From: a virus
Taxonomy: Duplodnaviria; Caudoviricetes
IMG/VR virus record: IMGVR_UViG_3300030331_004412
Span: 1 to 56,692 of that record
Length of the DNA stretch: 56,692 nt
Reading direction: 5' to 3' (one strand)
Shown: in pieces, positions 30,001 to 40,800 of the stretch
How positions within the stretch are numbered: the stretch's first letter is position 1
How the letters are laid out: the number at the start of each line of letters is the position of its first letter
Notes under the pieces: generated by a model
Told to the model about the DNA's origin: nothing
Databases searched by the model: none
Seen by the model: only the letters and a program-made list of their open reading frames with translations
Program-made: the position numbers and the translations under genes

Positions 30001-33000
30001 AGTACAATCAAAGCACTCTGAACCAATCATCTCTTACTCACTCTAACATCACCATGGGTTTTGCCTCTTGGCTTGAAAACTCTTCGGTATCAGGTGATTT
30101 TGCAGGCGGTGCTCAAGTAAATTTTGAAAATTTCAACATGAACCTGCCCCTGCTAAAAACAGGGGATATAACTCACCCAGCAGCTTTTAATGACTTTTTG
30201 CAATCCCCAGAGAATCCAATTTTTTCTGAGCAAAAAACAATTGTTGACGTTACGAGTTTTGATGCTGCTGTTATTCCGTCGTATGGTCAGGGAGGTTCAA
30301 ACAAATCTTTCAAAACAAAGGCTACTCACGATTTTGGCATTGTTTTCTATGATCAGAGAGGCAGGTCTAGCGACGTAGTTTCCTTGGGATCTCACTACGT
30401 CACAGGCTATGATGAAGCATCCGATAAAGGGCCTGTGAGAATGCAGATTAATTTGGCTGGGTCTCCACCATCGTGGGCGTGGCACTATCAAATTGTATAC
30501 GGGGGCAACAGCACCTACGAGGACTTTATGCAGTACACATCTGGTGGCGCCTTTGTAGAGCATGAAGCCGAAGGAGATACAGGCAATATCTACGTTTCTC
30601 TGAACTACCTGCAAAACAGCAATATCTCTTATTCAGAGGCATTTGGTGCTGTTAATGAAGATGGTTCAAAAGACTTGTACACCTACAGAGAGGGCGACAA
30701 GCTGCGCATCATATCTTATTACTTGGACAACTCGTCAAGGGTCTACCCTACAGCTTACGAGTTTGATGTTGTAGGTGTCAAAAACTTTGCTGATGATGAA
30801 GACAACATTCTAATCAATCAACAAAACCCCCCAGCTATTCCATCAAAAGTTGGTGAGTTCCTTGTTCTTAGAGATAACCCTCAGGCCACTGGCTTTTCAT
30901 ATTCTTTTGTGAAAGAAGCTCAAACTGGCGGAACCTCTCCGTCATCTACATCAGCTCACTTTTGGAACAACAGGTGTGTTTTTGAAATCTACACTCCGCT
31001 AGATAGTCAGGCTATTGAAAACAGGGTGTACTATGAGATCTCTAAGAAATACAACGTCATTAGAGATACCCTCACCAGCTCTATTGCATATGAAAACAAC
31101 CAGATCGTACTAGATAACGGTGACGTTTACTTCAGGAGAGTTGCTGTGAATATGCCTGATTTTAGTTCTGTCAATAACAAGTTCCTTAACATACTCAGAG
31201 ACTCTGGTTCGAGTCAGTCAAAATTTAGAGACTACTACTTAGAGACTAGAACGTTTACCGACACCATTTCAGGGGCCGATCAGTATGATTTTGGGAAAGT
31301 AAAGATTGTAAACCGCTTTCAAAAAGAAATTAGACGAGACTCGTCGATTACTTTTTCTGACGTTCAAAGGCTGGCGGACCCTGTTCTTAGGTATACTTCG
31401 TTTGACCCAACTCAAGGCAACTTCAAAGATTTTCCGAACAAGCATGGTCAAATCTCTAAGATTGTAGACTATGGGGATGCGCTTTTTGTTTTGAATGAAA
31501 AAAAGATTAGTGCTATCCCTATCGCTAGAAGCGTCATTTCTGATTTAGCAGGTCAAGACTTTGTTGTGGCTTCAGAAAAAGTTATGGGGACACAAAAATT
31601 CTACGCTGGCGATAGCGGGTGTAGCACCAATCCTGAGTCTGTCGTCAAGGTTGGTGAGAGTCTGTACTTCGCAAACAAAGAGAGTCAGGAGGTGTACAAG
31701 TTCAACCCATCAAATGGGGTTACCGTGATTTCTGAAATGGGGATGAAGTCATACTTCAGAGAGCTTTTCAGCTCTGCCATTAGCTCTGCCCTCACCTCAG
31801 GGCAGGTTCGCGTTGTGGGCGGTTATGATCCTATCCTAGACGAGTATGTTCTTAGTGTGTACAATGCCACCACATTGACTTTTACCAGCGACGTTGAGAT
31901 AGATCAGTTTGAAGGTGAAGTTGTGACGGACGACCCCATTGCTCCTTCGGGAACAGATGGCACCGCACCTGTAGACGGTGATGATGGTGTAGACGACACT
32001 TCTATTCAGGACTTTTTGGATCAAATTGAAACCCTTGAAGAGGATAATGAGACGCTCGGAGGTATCGTTGAGACACTAAGCGAAGCTATCGTGGGCGTTG
32101 TTGGGAGTGGCAGTGTTGCAGATCCTGATGGGCTTAGCACATCAATTCAAGACTTTGTTAGTGGTCTCAATAATCAAATTGAGAGCCTTGACGACGCAAT
32201 CTTTACTGCAAATACCGATATTAGTGAACTAACGGAACAGCTCGATAGCGCTGTTACAGCGATTGAGCAGAACGAAAGTGTCATTATAGCGCAGCTTATC
32301 ATAGCTAGCAACGCTCATGCTCAGCTTAAAGCCAACATTGAGCAGGCTATTGATCAGATGCAGGGTTTTCGTGGTCAACTTTTTGAAAGCTTTGATCAAG
32401 ACGAAACCCTCAATGTGCCAGTTGTGGCTAACGAGTTTTCATCTACATATCCTCCAAACACGGAGCTTACAGCATTAGTGTACGCTGACTTTTTGCAGCT
32501 GTATATTGACGCTGCCGAGGATCTTGTTGACCAGTACGTAGATGCAGCTGGCTCATATTTAAAAAGAGACGGATCGTACTTTACAGACTACACCGTTGGA
32601 TATGGTGTGTTTACTGATGGCAGCATCCCCCCTGATTCAGCCATTGGACAAAATCCAAACTTTGTTTCTGAGACCAATGGTTTTGTTGCAGAGATGAATG
32701 GAGTTACAGCAGCTTCTGGAATAGCCTCTATTCAAGATTTTATCGCTCAAGTGGGGCTTGCTGAGGAGGCTCTTGAATCCGAACAAGGGGGAACCGCTGA
32801 GCTTTTGCAAGACAAACTAGATTTGTTGAACCAGATCGGACAGCTTGTTAGCGCCGTAAATCAAACAAGAGGCCCAAGCCAAGGCGGCGACGTAACTGGA
32901 GGCACGGCAGTTGGTGCTGTGACAAGGCTGTTTGGAGACAACTACAATGGTGTTGCAGACAATGTGATTGGAGATCTGTACGATGCCTATCAAACTAGCC

Positions 33001-34319
33001 TCGTTGCGCTTGAATCCAAGCTCGATGAGTATAGCACTGACTTAGAAACCTTAGTTTCTTTGAATCTTGAGGCTGGCATCCAAGTTTACAAAGACGATCA
33101 GTTTGAAACTGTTATTACCTCTCAGCTAGACAACATATCGTCCCTTGAAGCAACGCGAGATGCTCTTGCATTGTATGCTTTTTCGGGTTTAAACGCACTT
33201 TACAATTTAGCTGGACAGCCCAGCACTTACTCTTTTTTGCCGTCAGCAGTTACCGATTTGTTTAACGACAACGTAAATCCATCATTTACTACCCCTCAAC
33301 AAATTCTAGACGCTTTTGACATTGATGGGGATAGTGCAATTTCTCTTGAAGAGATATTCCTTACCCCAACAATTGAAGATGAGTTTTCGTCTGATCTTGA
33401 GGCAGCGTTTTCTACTACTGACGCAATAGACGCCCTAAGGGGTCCAGTAACAACCTTCTTGGGAGATGTAAACGATGTTCTTGAGGAGTTTGATCTACCC
33501 ATTTCTTTAGATGGCGTAGGAAACTTAGATGAAAACGAGTTTATTAATCTTATTGGCAACTTTAGTCAAGCTCTAGGGATGACTACTTACACTGAGGTTG
33601 GCACGGGTAGTGCTAGCCTTATTGACAGAATTAAAAACCTTAAAGGGGCATTGACAGAGATTGCTATACAGTGGGTTTCTAGAAATGGATTGCAGGGCGT
33701 GACTAACAACACCAACATTCAGGCAGCCAATCTTCATAGCCTTAGTAACGAGCAGGTTGAATTTGTAATCGGTAATGCCCTCAGGGCTCCAGAGGTTGGG
33801 GACAACCGTTACAAGATAGAGGTTCTTTGGGCGAGTGTGATTGCAGCTGACGCTTCCATCAGGCAATGGCAACGCTGGTTTGGTCAGATTTACGAAGATT
33901 TACCAGCTCCAGAAGATACGGGCGCCGACCTCGGAAAATACACAAGCGGTTTTACATCTCCTGAGCAAGAAGATGCTGAAGGTTTTAGGGGGCTTGAACC
34001 ATCTGACTTTTTATCAGGGCCATTTGGGGTGTCTCATAACTTTACAGGTCAACCGACCGCCTTTGATGAAGGCGGCTCTTACCTTAAAGGGGTTGTAAGG
34101 GCCATAGAGCAGCTTAATGCAGTGGCCTTTGGAGATACGTATATCCAATTTAGCCATCCAGCTTTTGATCCCGCTAGACTGCCCTTTAATAATTTTACTG
34201 TTACCAACACATTGCAAGACTTTGTTGGTGGCCCATTGTATCAAGAGGCCGTTGGGGACATAGAAGCTGCTTATCAGGCGGCCATAGATGCTCAGGGTGA
34301 GGAAGAAACGCTTAACTAA
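27087..34319 (+). CDS. Giant tail stabilisation (P22 gp10-like) protein with large insertion and acidic helical C-terminal extension
   Basis: 2410 aa; FFTD...EPKKI, FQFAY...Y, NRL.Y.NY.EGFD, FGIVFYD..GRS, G.STNPES, GGYDP..DEY motifs. Confidence 0.7.
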   Translation: MIDKVFPRKLNSSKDTRLHAKDEMLDAVNITIDENSGEIAGGVETASGNFGVVKPVKGNTAVTAGDSHSLAVGSKVIGSCNDNRAGRIYYFVYSPTASESGVYYYETSTNSVKKLIASDLFNFRGNSFVDGNIVYVANSDTAVGATDLKPVLFFTDNKTEPKKIDIQRVAEAGTGVTFLDFVSVCPRTPIDPPVWTFQSDTTRKVSNFRGERGFQFAYQNIYKSGDVSALSTYSTLAIPSAYLNQGTVSNPNFFAENVISIQITPDAFTSEVARVRVLARIGNSGSWFVVDEQPLTDPTATFQSDFYNDQIYSVLPEAETQKQFDSVPKKARTQDVTNNRLFYANYVEGFDVPEVSATIQHNFDARPQDFISVNLELIPEIRQVNFAEGVAGDAGDVFDDFGEPVSFNSDECRNRVTVYRVDSSQLPNTVEANTQVIFNVSLSPENNFHFYESRDSMHSSAELRRMESVVDGTESHIMANNLQNSFITADFDNGENVGMDPVGRSFFNGQKQGGFETSFAARPREGITTSPFGLVSGSDSAFPRWATLSPQDITPLRVAYGTSAQNPFILQGSSCQFSASFVTIAEMGKETLVSIIKDMLSNNTGENSSLFEVQDVSGSSVSVPLVEIVSLENRHTYNIDLNIQNKDKIGVYTSNDYRSDLVVAVGDHSVLSGGDARQLPPCGYFIVNKATPTVGLRDVTPLFALSQYGQADDTFLALDLIDIADFQYMTCIPDVAMGESLDTNLINISAALASSFTGAGVDSGLYSWGNIFDGWRCFDVTYMTSPNGFSTLTASELGALEGVSGLFKHNAREIFDILSSGTFSFDTNPQANNQPNLLHPNLAVNYADAGIGTSSGALIPLTASNLYAARAQELGFDIQSRNAQQISRWLGYLIPTQAAVTTSGFGAFTFTNVIGGRLIFTFENFIDELLNTVEVPFESEDDINEVKNNPYSYYKYAFTMLDGEGVVGGSSEYNQSTLNQSSLTHSNITMGFASWLENSSVSGDFAGGAQVNFENFNMNLPLLKTGDITHPAAFNDFLQSPENPIFSEQKTIVDVTSFDAAVIPSYGQGGSNKSFKTKATHDFGIVFYDQRGRSSDVVSLGSHYVTGYDEASDKGPVRMQINLAGSPPSWAWHYQIVYGGNSTYEDFMQYTSGGAFVEHEAEGDTGNIYVSLNYLQNSNISYSEAFGAVNEDGSKDLYTYREGDKLRIISYYLDNSSRVYPTAYEFDVVGVKNFADDEDNILINQQNPPAIPSKVGEFLVLRDNPQATGFSYSFVKEAQTGGTSPSSTSAHFWNNRCVFEIYTPLDSQAIENRVYYEISKKYNVIRDTLTSSIAYENNQIVLDNGDVYFRRVAVNMPDFSSVNNKFLNILRDSGSSQSKFRDYYLETRTFTDTISGADQYDFGKVKIVNRFQKEIRRDSSITFSDVQRLADPVLRYTSFDPTQGNFKDFPNKHGQISKIVDYGDALFVLNEKKISAIPIARSVISDLAGQDFVVASEKVMGTQKFYAGDSGCSTNPESVVKVGESLYFANKESQEVYKFNPSNGVTVISEMGMKSYFRELFSSAISSALTSGQVRVVGGYDPILDEYVLSVYNATTLTFTSDVEIDQFEGEVVTDDPIAPSGTDGTAPVDGDDGVDDTSIQDFLDQIETLEEDNETLGGIVETLSEAIVGVVGSGSVADPDGLSTSIQDFVSGLNNQIESLDDAIFTANTDISELTEQLDSAVTAIEQNESVIIAQLIIASNAHAQLKANIEQAIDQMQGFRGQLFESFDQDETLNVPVVANEFSSTYPPNTELTALVYADFLQLYIDAAEDLVDQYVDAAGSYLKRDGSYFTDYTVGYGVFTDGSIPPDSAIGQNPNFVSETNGFVAEMNGVTAASGIASIQDFIAQVGLAEEALESEQGGTAELLQDKLDLLNQIGQLVSAVNQTRGPSQGGDVTGGTAVGAVTRLFGDNYNGVADNVIGDLYDAYQTSLVALESKLDEYSTDLETLVSLNLEAGIQVYKDDQFETVITSQLDNISSLEATRDALALYAFSGLNALYNLAGQPSTYSFLPSAVTDLFNDNVNPSFTTPQQILDAFDIDGDSAISLEEIFLTPTIEDEFSSDLEAAFSTTDAIDALRGPVTTFLGDVNDVLEEFDLPISLDGVGNLDENEFINLIGNFSQALGMTTYTEVGTGSASLIDRIKNLKGALTEIAIQWVSRNGLQGVTNNTNIQAANLHSLSNEQVEFVIGNALRAPEVGDNRYKIEVLWASVIAADASIRQWQRWFGQIYEDLPAPEDTGADLGKYTSGFTSPEQEDAEGFRGLEPSDFLSGPFGVSHNFTGQPTAFDEGGSYLKGVVRAIEQLNAVAFGDTYIQFSHPAFDPARLPFNNFTVTNTLQDFVGGPLYQEAVGDIEAAYQAAIDAQGEEETLN

Positions 34320-34329
34320 TCTACTTGTC

Positions 34330-35280
34330 ATGAAAAAGACAATTGGTTTTAGCAACAAAAACAACATGTGGACCTCGAAGTACGATTACGTTGCTTCGAA
34401 CTACAGCACCATTGATAAAAAATTCTTCTCCTCCAACAAGCTTACCACGTCTGATAGCACTATCGCTTGGAGGCACAATGAAGGCTTACCCAATACTTTC
34501 TATGACACCGCTTACCCCTCTACAGTTGCTGTGTCTTTTGCCAACAACCCCTCTGAAAATAAAATTTACAAGTCTATGTCCTTGGAGGGCAGCGGCAATT
34601 TTGCAAATGTAGTAAATGCATTCACCACCAGTGAGTTTATTAGCCCCTCAGGATCAAGAGAATACATCAATGCAGGTCTAGTAAAGAATTACGGGGGTAT
34701 CAACTATGCTCACCTTGGCAGAGATCCAAGGATTAGACCCACAGCAGACCTGAAGTACATGGGGTTCTTTGGACCTATAGGGTTTGGGGTTGGCTTTTTG
34801 TTAGATCTCTTAGTGTTGGGAACAGACAATTTGTACATGTTCCCCATACAAGGGCCTGTTGTTGGTGTTGGTCAAAGCGAATCCAACATCACAAAAATAT
34901 TGTTTAAAACTGAGTCGTCAAACGTTTTTTATGTTAGAGAGGGAAGCGTCAACTCCATTGCAGTCGGGGACAAATATTCTGATATTTCAACAAGTATTGC
35001 AATCGCTAACGAACGGGACTTAGAAGGCACAGATTTTGAAACTGCTTACCAGCCCAAGAGTTTGATTGTTAAAATTGACTCGGCATCAGTAGGAACTCTT
35101 GGACAGCTAATTCAAAATTCTGACATCGTCAGTGTTTTCTCCTTGTGCGACCCCAAGCACTGCGGAGATACAATGCGTGGTCAGTATGCAGAGGCGCATT
35201 TTACCTTCCCAGCACAGCCATTTGAGTTGTATTCTTTGAACCTGAACTACGAACCTACTAGCTTAGACCACTCTAAGTAA
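34330..35280 (+). CDS. Tail protein resembling the C-terminal part of stabilisation-protein homologues
   Basis: TIGFS.....WTS.YDY, K.YKS.SLEG, MRG.YA....FELYS.N; ATG 34330 preferred over 34288. Confidence 0.55.
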   Translation: MKKTIGFSNKNNMWTSKYDYVASNYSTIDKKFFSSNKLTTSDSTIAWRHNEGLPNTFYDTAYPSTVAVSFANNPSENKIYKSMSLEGSGNFANVVNAFTTSEFISPSGSREYINAGLVKNYGGINYAHLGRDPRIRPTADLKYMGFFGPIGFGVGFLLDLLVLGTDNLYMFPIQGPVVGVGQSESNITKILFKTESSNVFYVREGSVNSIAVGDKYSDISTSIAIANERDLEGTDFETAYQPKSLIVKIDSASVGTLGQLIQNSDIVSVFSLCDPKHCGDTMRGQYAEAHFTFPAQPFELYSLNLNYEPTSLDHSK

Positions 35281-35287
35281 CAATAAC

Positions 35288-35295
35288 TATATTTG
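35288..35295 (+). promoter_or_regulatory. Bacteroidota -7 promoter element (TATATTTG)
   Basis: 4 nt before ATG 35300. Confidence 0.65.
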
Positions 35296-35299
35296 TAGC

Positions 35300-36316
35300 A
35301 TGATCGAGGCTATCTACGATTTTTTACACTACTTTGTTTTTGGGCCCGACCTCCCTTATTTGCAAAAGGCTATTGAGCCAATCACTTTGGCTCTTATTTT
35401 AGGTGGGACAAAGCTGTTGACCGATGTGGGGCAAGGCATTGCGTCAAACAAAAGAGCCAAACAGCAAAGGAAGGAGGGCGAAAAGATTGCTCGCAAGGCA
35501 GAAAAAAGGATTAGAGAAGCCAACTTTACTGTTGGTCAAGAGCAACGCGACCTTGCGGACTTGCAAAAGCAACAGTTTGAAGACTTGCAAAGCCTTGTCA
35601 ATAGGAATCGCATGGCTCAATCACAGCAAGCTATTGCGTCATCTTTGGGAGACCCCACACGGGCAGCATCTGGTGTTTCTCCGCTTCTTGATAAGATGAA
35701 TCAAAGCAACTTAGAGACAAGCTTGCAGCTTGGTCAGCAAAAAACTGCTGTCGATCAGCAGCTGGCAAACTTGACGGATCAGGTTAGAAGAGCCAACCTG
35801 CAAAAGAACTTGAACTTAGACGCTCAGCTTAGAGGTGAGGGCGTTACGGCAGCTGGGCTAGGATTTGCCGCTCAAGGCGACGCTCAAAACATGATGATCG
35901 GGTCTCTAGCAGAGGGTGTTGACACGGGTCTGGCCGCGTACAACTTGGCTAGTGGCCTTAATGCTGACGGATCTCCAAGGGTAAACGAGCAAGGCGGCAC
36001 CTTGAGCAATCAGATTTACAGAACAGGGGGTGAGTTTGACCACGACACCAACAAAAAAGCCTTGGTAGACGAAGAGACAGGAGAAAAAGAAGCTGAGCTT
36101 ACAGGAGAGGAGGTAGTACTAAATCCTGACCAAACAGAAAGCACAATGAAGGCAGCGGACATGCTGTTCGCTTTCTTGAAAGAAAATCCTGACGCTCCAG
36201 AAGAAGTGAAGAAGGCTGTAGAGCTTCTCGCGTTCTTAAACGAACCTCAGTTCCAAGGCCCCGATGAAGTTGACATGCCAAAAGACGCTGTTGAGGAGGG
36301 TGAAATTGTATTGTAA
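35300..36316 (+). CDS. Putative internal virion/ejection protein
   Basis: Q/A-rich coiled coil, Gly/Ala hydrophobic stretch, T.GEF.H.TN and ELTG.E.V.NP motifs. Confidence 0.55.
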   Translation: MIEAIYDFLHYFVFGPDLPYLQKAIEPITLALILGGTKLLTDVGQGIASNKRAKQQRKEGEKIARKAEKRIREANFTVGQEQRDLADLQKQQFEDLQSLVNRNRMAQSQQAIASSLGDPTRAASGVSPLLDKMNQSNLETSLQLGQQKTAVDQQLANLTDQVRRANLQKNLNLDAQLRGEGVTAAGLGFAAQGDAQNMMIGSLAEGVDTGLAAYNLASGLNADGSPRVNEQGGTLSNQIYRTGGEFDHDTNKKALVDEETGEKEAELTGEEVVLNPDQTESTMKAADMLFAFLKENPDAPEEVKKAVELLAFLNEPQFQGPDEVDMPKDAVEEGEIVL

Positions 36317-37881
36317 TGGCTGTAGCTTACACAACACCGCTATCAAGGCCAACGCCAGTTGATTTTGACAAGACCCTTGGGTCTCTTCAGGTTCAGGCAC
36401 AGCTAGCGCAAAGAGAAAGAAGGGCAGCTCTCGCGCAAAAAAGAGCAGCACAAAAAGAAGCAGGGGAGAGGCTGTCGAATGTAGTCGGATACGATATAAC
36501 TACGGTCCCTCTAGGTATGCAGCCCGTAATAACGGAGATGTGGACCGATCTTGTCAATAGCGCCCCAACTCTGCTAGAGTCAGACGACCCTGTTGCTCTT
36601 GAGAAGCGCATTCAGTCGTTTACTGACTCTTATTCAAAGGCTCAGGCTCAGCTCAAAGATGAGACACTAAAGGATGGAATGATGTTGCTTCAAAGCTTGG
36701 CAACAAATGACGCAGAGCTAAACGATTACAACGAAGAATTGTCTGCTTTTGAAAGAGTAGATGACAATCTGCAAGCCGTGTACGACCAAAGGGACAATTC
36801 ATATCAAGGCTTAGACAAGGAGTGGGATTACAGAATGGTTGACGGCAGATATGAGATTGTTTTTAATCAGGGACTAGAGGGCGGGGGAATCCAACAGCTT
36901 CCCCTGAGTGAATGGGAAAACTATCTCAACCCATCTCTCGCTGATGTCCCCACAGTCATTGGATTTAGGCAAGAGCCAAGTTCGGTAGGGGTAAACAATG
37001 TCCGAGCAGGAATGGAGACAAGTGGTTTTGATTGGTCAGAAGCCACGGCCAGAGAGCGCTCTACTGATGTTGTGCTGGGGAACAGCCTAGATGGTAAAGA
37101 TATGCGTGCATATACTGCATTCACCTACTTTACTAATGACATGCAGCAAAACCCTGATGTCATGACCCCTTTTGCTGCAGGCAACATGAGAGACCCCATC
37201 TTTTTTGATGTTAGCACTGGTGAAAAAACGACCATGGGCAAGCAGGTAGATGAGTTTTTAAATAAAACCATCGACATCATGGTTGAATCTTCTAAATACG
37301 CAAAAGAGCAAGAGGAAGAAACTCAAACAGCAGGTCAAAGAAATCAAGAGGTGTACCTCAACTCGATGCGGAGGGAACAGATTCCTCTTGGCGGCTTGGT
37401 TGTAGCTGTTGACGACCCTGCTGCTGGACAGGATGTAGCTGTAGATAGATTTGCTGGCAGGGTTGGAGAACTTAAAGGAAATGGTCAGGCTTACACGCTT
37501 ACCAAGCCTATGACTATCACCAATTTCCTCAATCCAATCTTTGGAATGACAGATCCTGAATACGGCGGCGCCATCGAGGGCTCTGAAGATCAGGTGATTA
37601 AGCTAGAAAACGTCAGAAAAGTCGTAGCCTTTGGGCCTCAAGAGGGGTATCCTCAAGGGGGTATTGTCTTGAGAGACTTCTCATATAAGAACAAAGCGTA
37701 TCCATTCACAGTTCTCGACAACAACATTGAGTCTCAGAAAACGGCGATAGACCAAATCCTTCAGGAGCTTAGAACTGAAACTGGCCTTACAGGTGTAGAG
37801 ATCTCTAACCTCATTCAGGGCTGGGACGCTGTAAAGGTTAGAGAAAGAACTGAATCACCAACAGGAGGAAGCCCTAGATAA
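36316..37881 (+). CDS. Putative internal virion/ejection protein
   Basis: 521 aa between the pilot-like and LPD38 genes; TAATG-coupled. Confidence 0.5.
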   Translation: MAVAYTTPLSRPTPVDFDKTLGSLQVQAQLAQRERRAALAQKRAAQKEAGERLSNVVGYDITTVPLGMQPVITEMWTDLVNSAPTLLESDDPVALEKRIQSFTDSYSKAQAQLKDETLKDGMMLLQSLATNDAELNDYNEELSAFERVDDNLQAVYDQRDNSYQGLDKEWDYRMVDGRYEIVFNQGLEGGGIQQLPLSEWENYLNPSLADVPTVIGFRQEPSSVGVNNVRAGMETSGFDWSEATARERSTDVVLGNSLDGKDMRAYTAFTYFTNDMQQNPDVMTPFAAGNMRDPIFFDVSTGEKTTMGKQVDEFLNKTIDIMVESSKYAKEQEEETQTAGQRNQEVYLNSMRREQIPLGGLVVAVDDPAAGQDVAVDRFAGRVGELKGNGQAYTLTKPMTITNFLNPIFGMTDPEYGGAIEGSEDQVIKLENVRKVVAFGPQEGYPQGGIVLRDFSYKNKAYPFTVLDNNIESQKTAIDQILQELRTETGLTGVEISNLIQGWDAVKVRERTESPTGGSPR

Positions 37882-37883
37882 CC

Positions 37884-40800
37884 ATGGAAGATCAGGAACA
37901 ACTGCTTAAGGACTTTGTTGCTAGCGCACAAAAGTATGGGTATGACTACGATGTCATCATGCCTAAGTTCCCTGAGTTTGAGGGATATGATGTAGAAATG
38001 CTCAAGGGATATGTCTCTAAAGTAGAGGAGATGAACCAAGGCTCTGATGTATATGACTACACAGAGGCAAACAGTGCTTTTCCAGACCTTTTCCCTCAAA
38101 AAAAAAAAGATCAAACCGAAGCGCCTTCTCCCTTGGAGCAAACCTCGGAGGCGGCTTTTGCGGAATCTACTGCAGTTTCGGGGATGCCGAGTGGAGGTTC
38201 GGATTCTCCCGCCACCAGAACAAGAGTAACTCCTGAGGGATACTCGTTTGAAGAGCTCTCATCTGAAAAGCCGTTTATCGAGGGCAGTATTGGAGACTTT
38301 GTAAGGGCCATCCCTTGGATTGGAAATGACATTGACGACTGGGCGCGCGCTTGGTCTACAGGGGCTCAGGCTCGCGGCCAAGCCGCTCCCGCTATGGACA
38401 TGCTCATCCCTACTTACGGGGAGATGACGGGCGAGGACTTCAACAAAGAAGATTACAGAGAAGCCGCCGAGGCTTTAGCTGCCGAGGTCAGAAGGTATGA
38501 GAACTTTCGCGAAGAAAATGGAATCTCCGATGAGCTCATGGCTTGGAACAAGTCCATTCAAGAGAACGGTCACGGCATGTACGGGCTATTTAAAACGATC
38601 TGGGAGCACAAAGGAGACCTGAGGAATATAGCGGGCCAGTGGGCTCTTGAAAGCCTTTCTACTCAGCTTAATGAAGAGGGTATTGAAAAGGCTGCTGCCG
38701 TTCAGGCTGGTGGTATGCTTGCTGGTGCTCCATTGGGAGCGGCAGGTGTAGGTGCGGCTGGCGTAGCCACCCTTCCTGTTTCTATGGCTACACTTTCTGG
38801 AGTTACTGCTGCCACTCAGTTCCTTGTTGACGAGCTCAAACAGCGTGTTGGAGAAGATTTCAATGCAGAAGCCATTCTCGATGCGCTTGACGATGACACC
38901 TTTAGAAACACACTGAGAAAAGATGCTGGCAAATATGGGTTGGTCATAGGCTTTGTAGATGGAGTTACATTCAAGGCTGGGGCTGGGGTATCGAGAGAAA
39001 TGGGGAAGGCTCTTCAGGGTGGATGGATGCCAAAAACAAGAGAGTTTCTTGCTGTTGGTTTTACCGAGGCTGAGGGCAGCATGCTCGGTGAGGCTGCTGC
39101 TAGCGAGGCTGTCGGTGAGCCAGCTACGGCAGAGGCGTTGTTCCAAGAGGGTGTGGGGGGTGCATTTGCCACCCCTATAACTATGACGTACAGAGGGGTA
39201 CAAGACCTTCACAATCGCGGGATTGACAATCAGAATGCAAGTGTCATTAACCAGCTCAACTCAAGGGCTGTGTACACTGCAAATGGTCAAAGGGTGCAGA
39301 AGCAAGACCTCCTTGATATCGTCAGCGTGATGACAGCAGAGGAGTTTGAAAACGCAAACATTGAAGTAAAGGACGATCAGGCTACTGCAGATCTTATCCA
39401 GAGGCGCTATGAGCAGATAAAGAAAGGCGAAAAGGTAGTGCCTTTGCCATCTAAGAAACCAAACAAAATACAGCAAGCAAAAGACTTTTTTAGAAGAAAG
39501 GTTATCGACACCCTTGACCCCTTGGTTGCGCTTCAAAGGTCTGCTCAAGAAGCACGCGGAGAGAGAGTTTCCAGAGAGACAGATATGGATGCGGCATTTA
39601 GCATGTTCTCCTCTCGCACAGCGAACAGAATGAAGAACGTTATCAACGTAGCCCAGTCTATGGGGACAGCGTTGAAGGACGCAGGTCTTGACCCAGCCAC
39701 TGCCAGAAAGGGGTTGGACAGGTTCTTGTATGCACGTCACGCACCCGAAAGAAACAGGGTAATGACTCAGCGTTACAAAGACAGAATCAAGCAGATCCAA
39801 GACGAAGCCAAGGACGAGAAAAGAAACATCACCCCAAAAGAAGAGAAAGAAATCAAAACTCTTGAAGGCTACATCGAAGAGAACAGAGGTAGCGGTATGT
39901 CAGATGCTGACGCTCAGGCATATATGGATGGTCTTACCCCAGAGGAGCGTGCTGGATATGAGGCTGCAGCCAAGTTGCACGACGAGGTTGTGGCAGATAC
40001 CAGAAAAACCTTAAGAGAAGCTGGCCTTGAGTCCGAAGAGACTGTTGATTTGTTTGAAAGTCAGTATGAGTTCTACACTCCTCTTCGTGGGTTTGCTGAG
40101 CTAGACCCAGAAAAAGCTCTTAAGCAGGCAGACTTGTCTGCACCCAACGCTTTTGACGTAAGGGGCAGTGGCATTGTCAGGGCGGAGGGTCGTATCACAG
40201 AAGCTTCTGACATGTCAACAGCGGCCCTGAATCAGAACGCAATGACTCATATGCGTGCTGAAAAGAACAAGGTGGGTCGTACCGTTTACGATTTTGCAAA
40301 CGCCAACCCCAACGAAGAGGTCTACTCTACGATGGATCAGGAGCAGTTTGGTAAACTGAAGCCGAGCCAGAAGAAGCGTGCAGTAGGTGTACGCATTGAT
40401 GGAGAGACAAAGTATGTTGTCTTTGGAGAAAAGTATGCACAGCATGCAGCCCTTCTTCAAGACTTCAGCCCTCAAAAGATGGGTGCTTTTATGCAGTTTT
40501 TTTCTGCAGCGAATAGGCTGAGAAGCAAAACATTTACCTCTTTGAACCCTGAGTTCTTTATGCCCAACTTCGTTAGGGATATACAGGCTGGGTTTGCAAA
40601 CCTTGCTGCTGATGCAGACCTAACGACTAAAGAGGGGCGTGAGCTTGTGGCTAAAACCATGAAGGAGAGCACCAAGAACCTTAGGTATATGCTTGGCTCT
40701 ATGGTTCCTTCCGTTAGAGAAAAGATTAAGGCCAATGACCCAGAGTACTTTAAATTCTTACAAGAGTTTGAAGAAGATGGTGGCGTTACTGGATGGGGCT

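Noticed and set aside
34288-34330. Programmed frameshift fusing the 2410-aa ORF to the next gene
   Set aside because: Only a 32-nt overlap, no clear slippery heptamer, and a good independent ATG at 34330
38098-38108. A11 homopolymer as a phase-variation switch
   Set aside because: Reads in frame as Gln-Lys-Lys-Lys in an intact gene; no evidence of slippage from a single sequence
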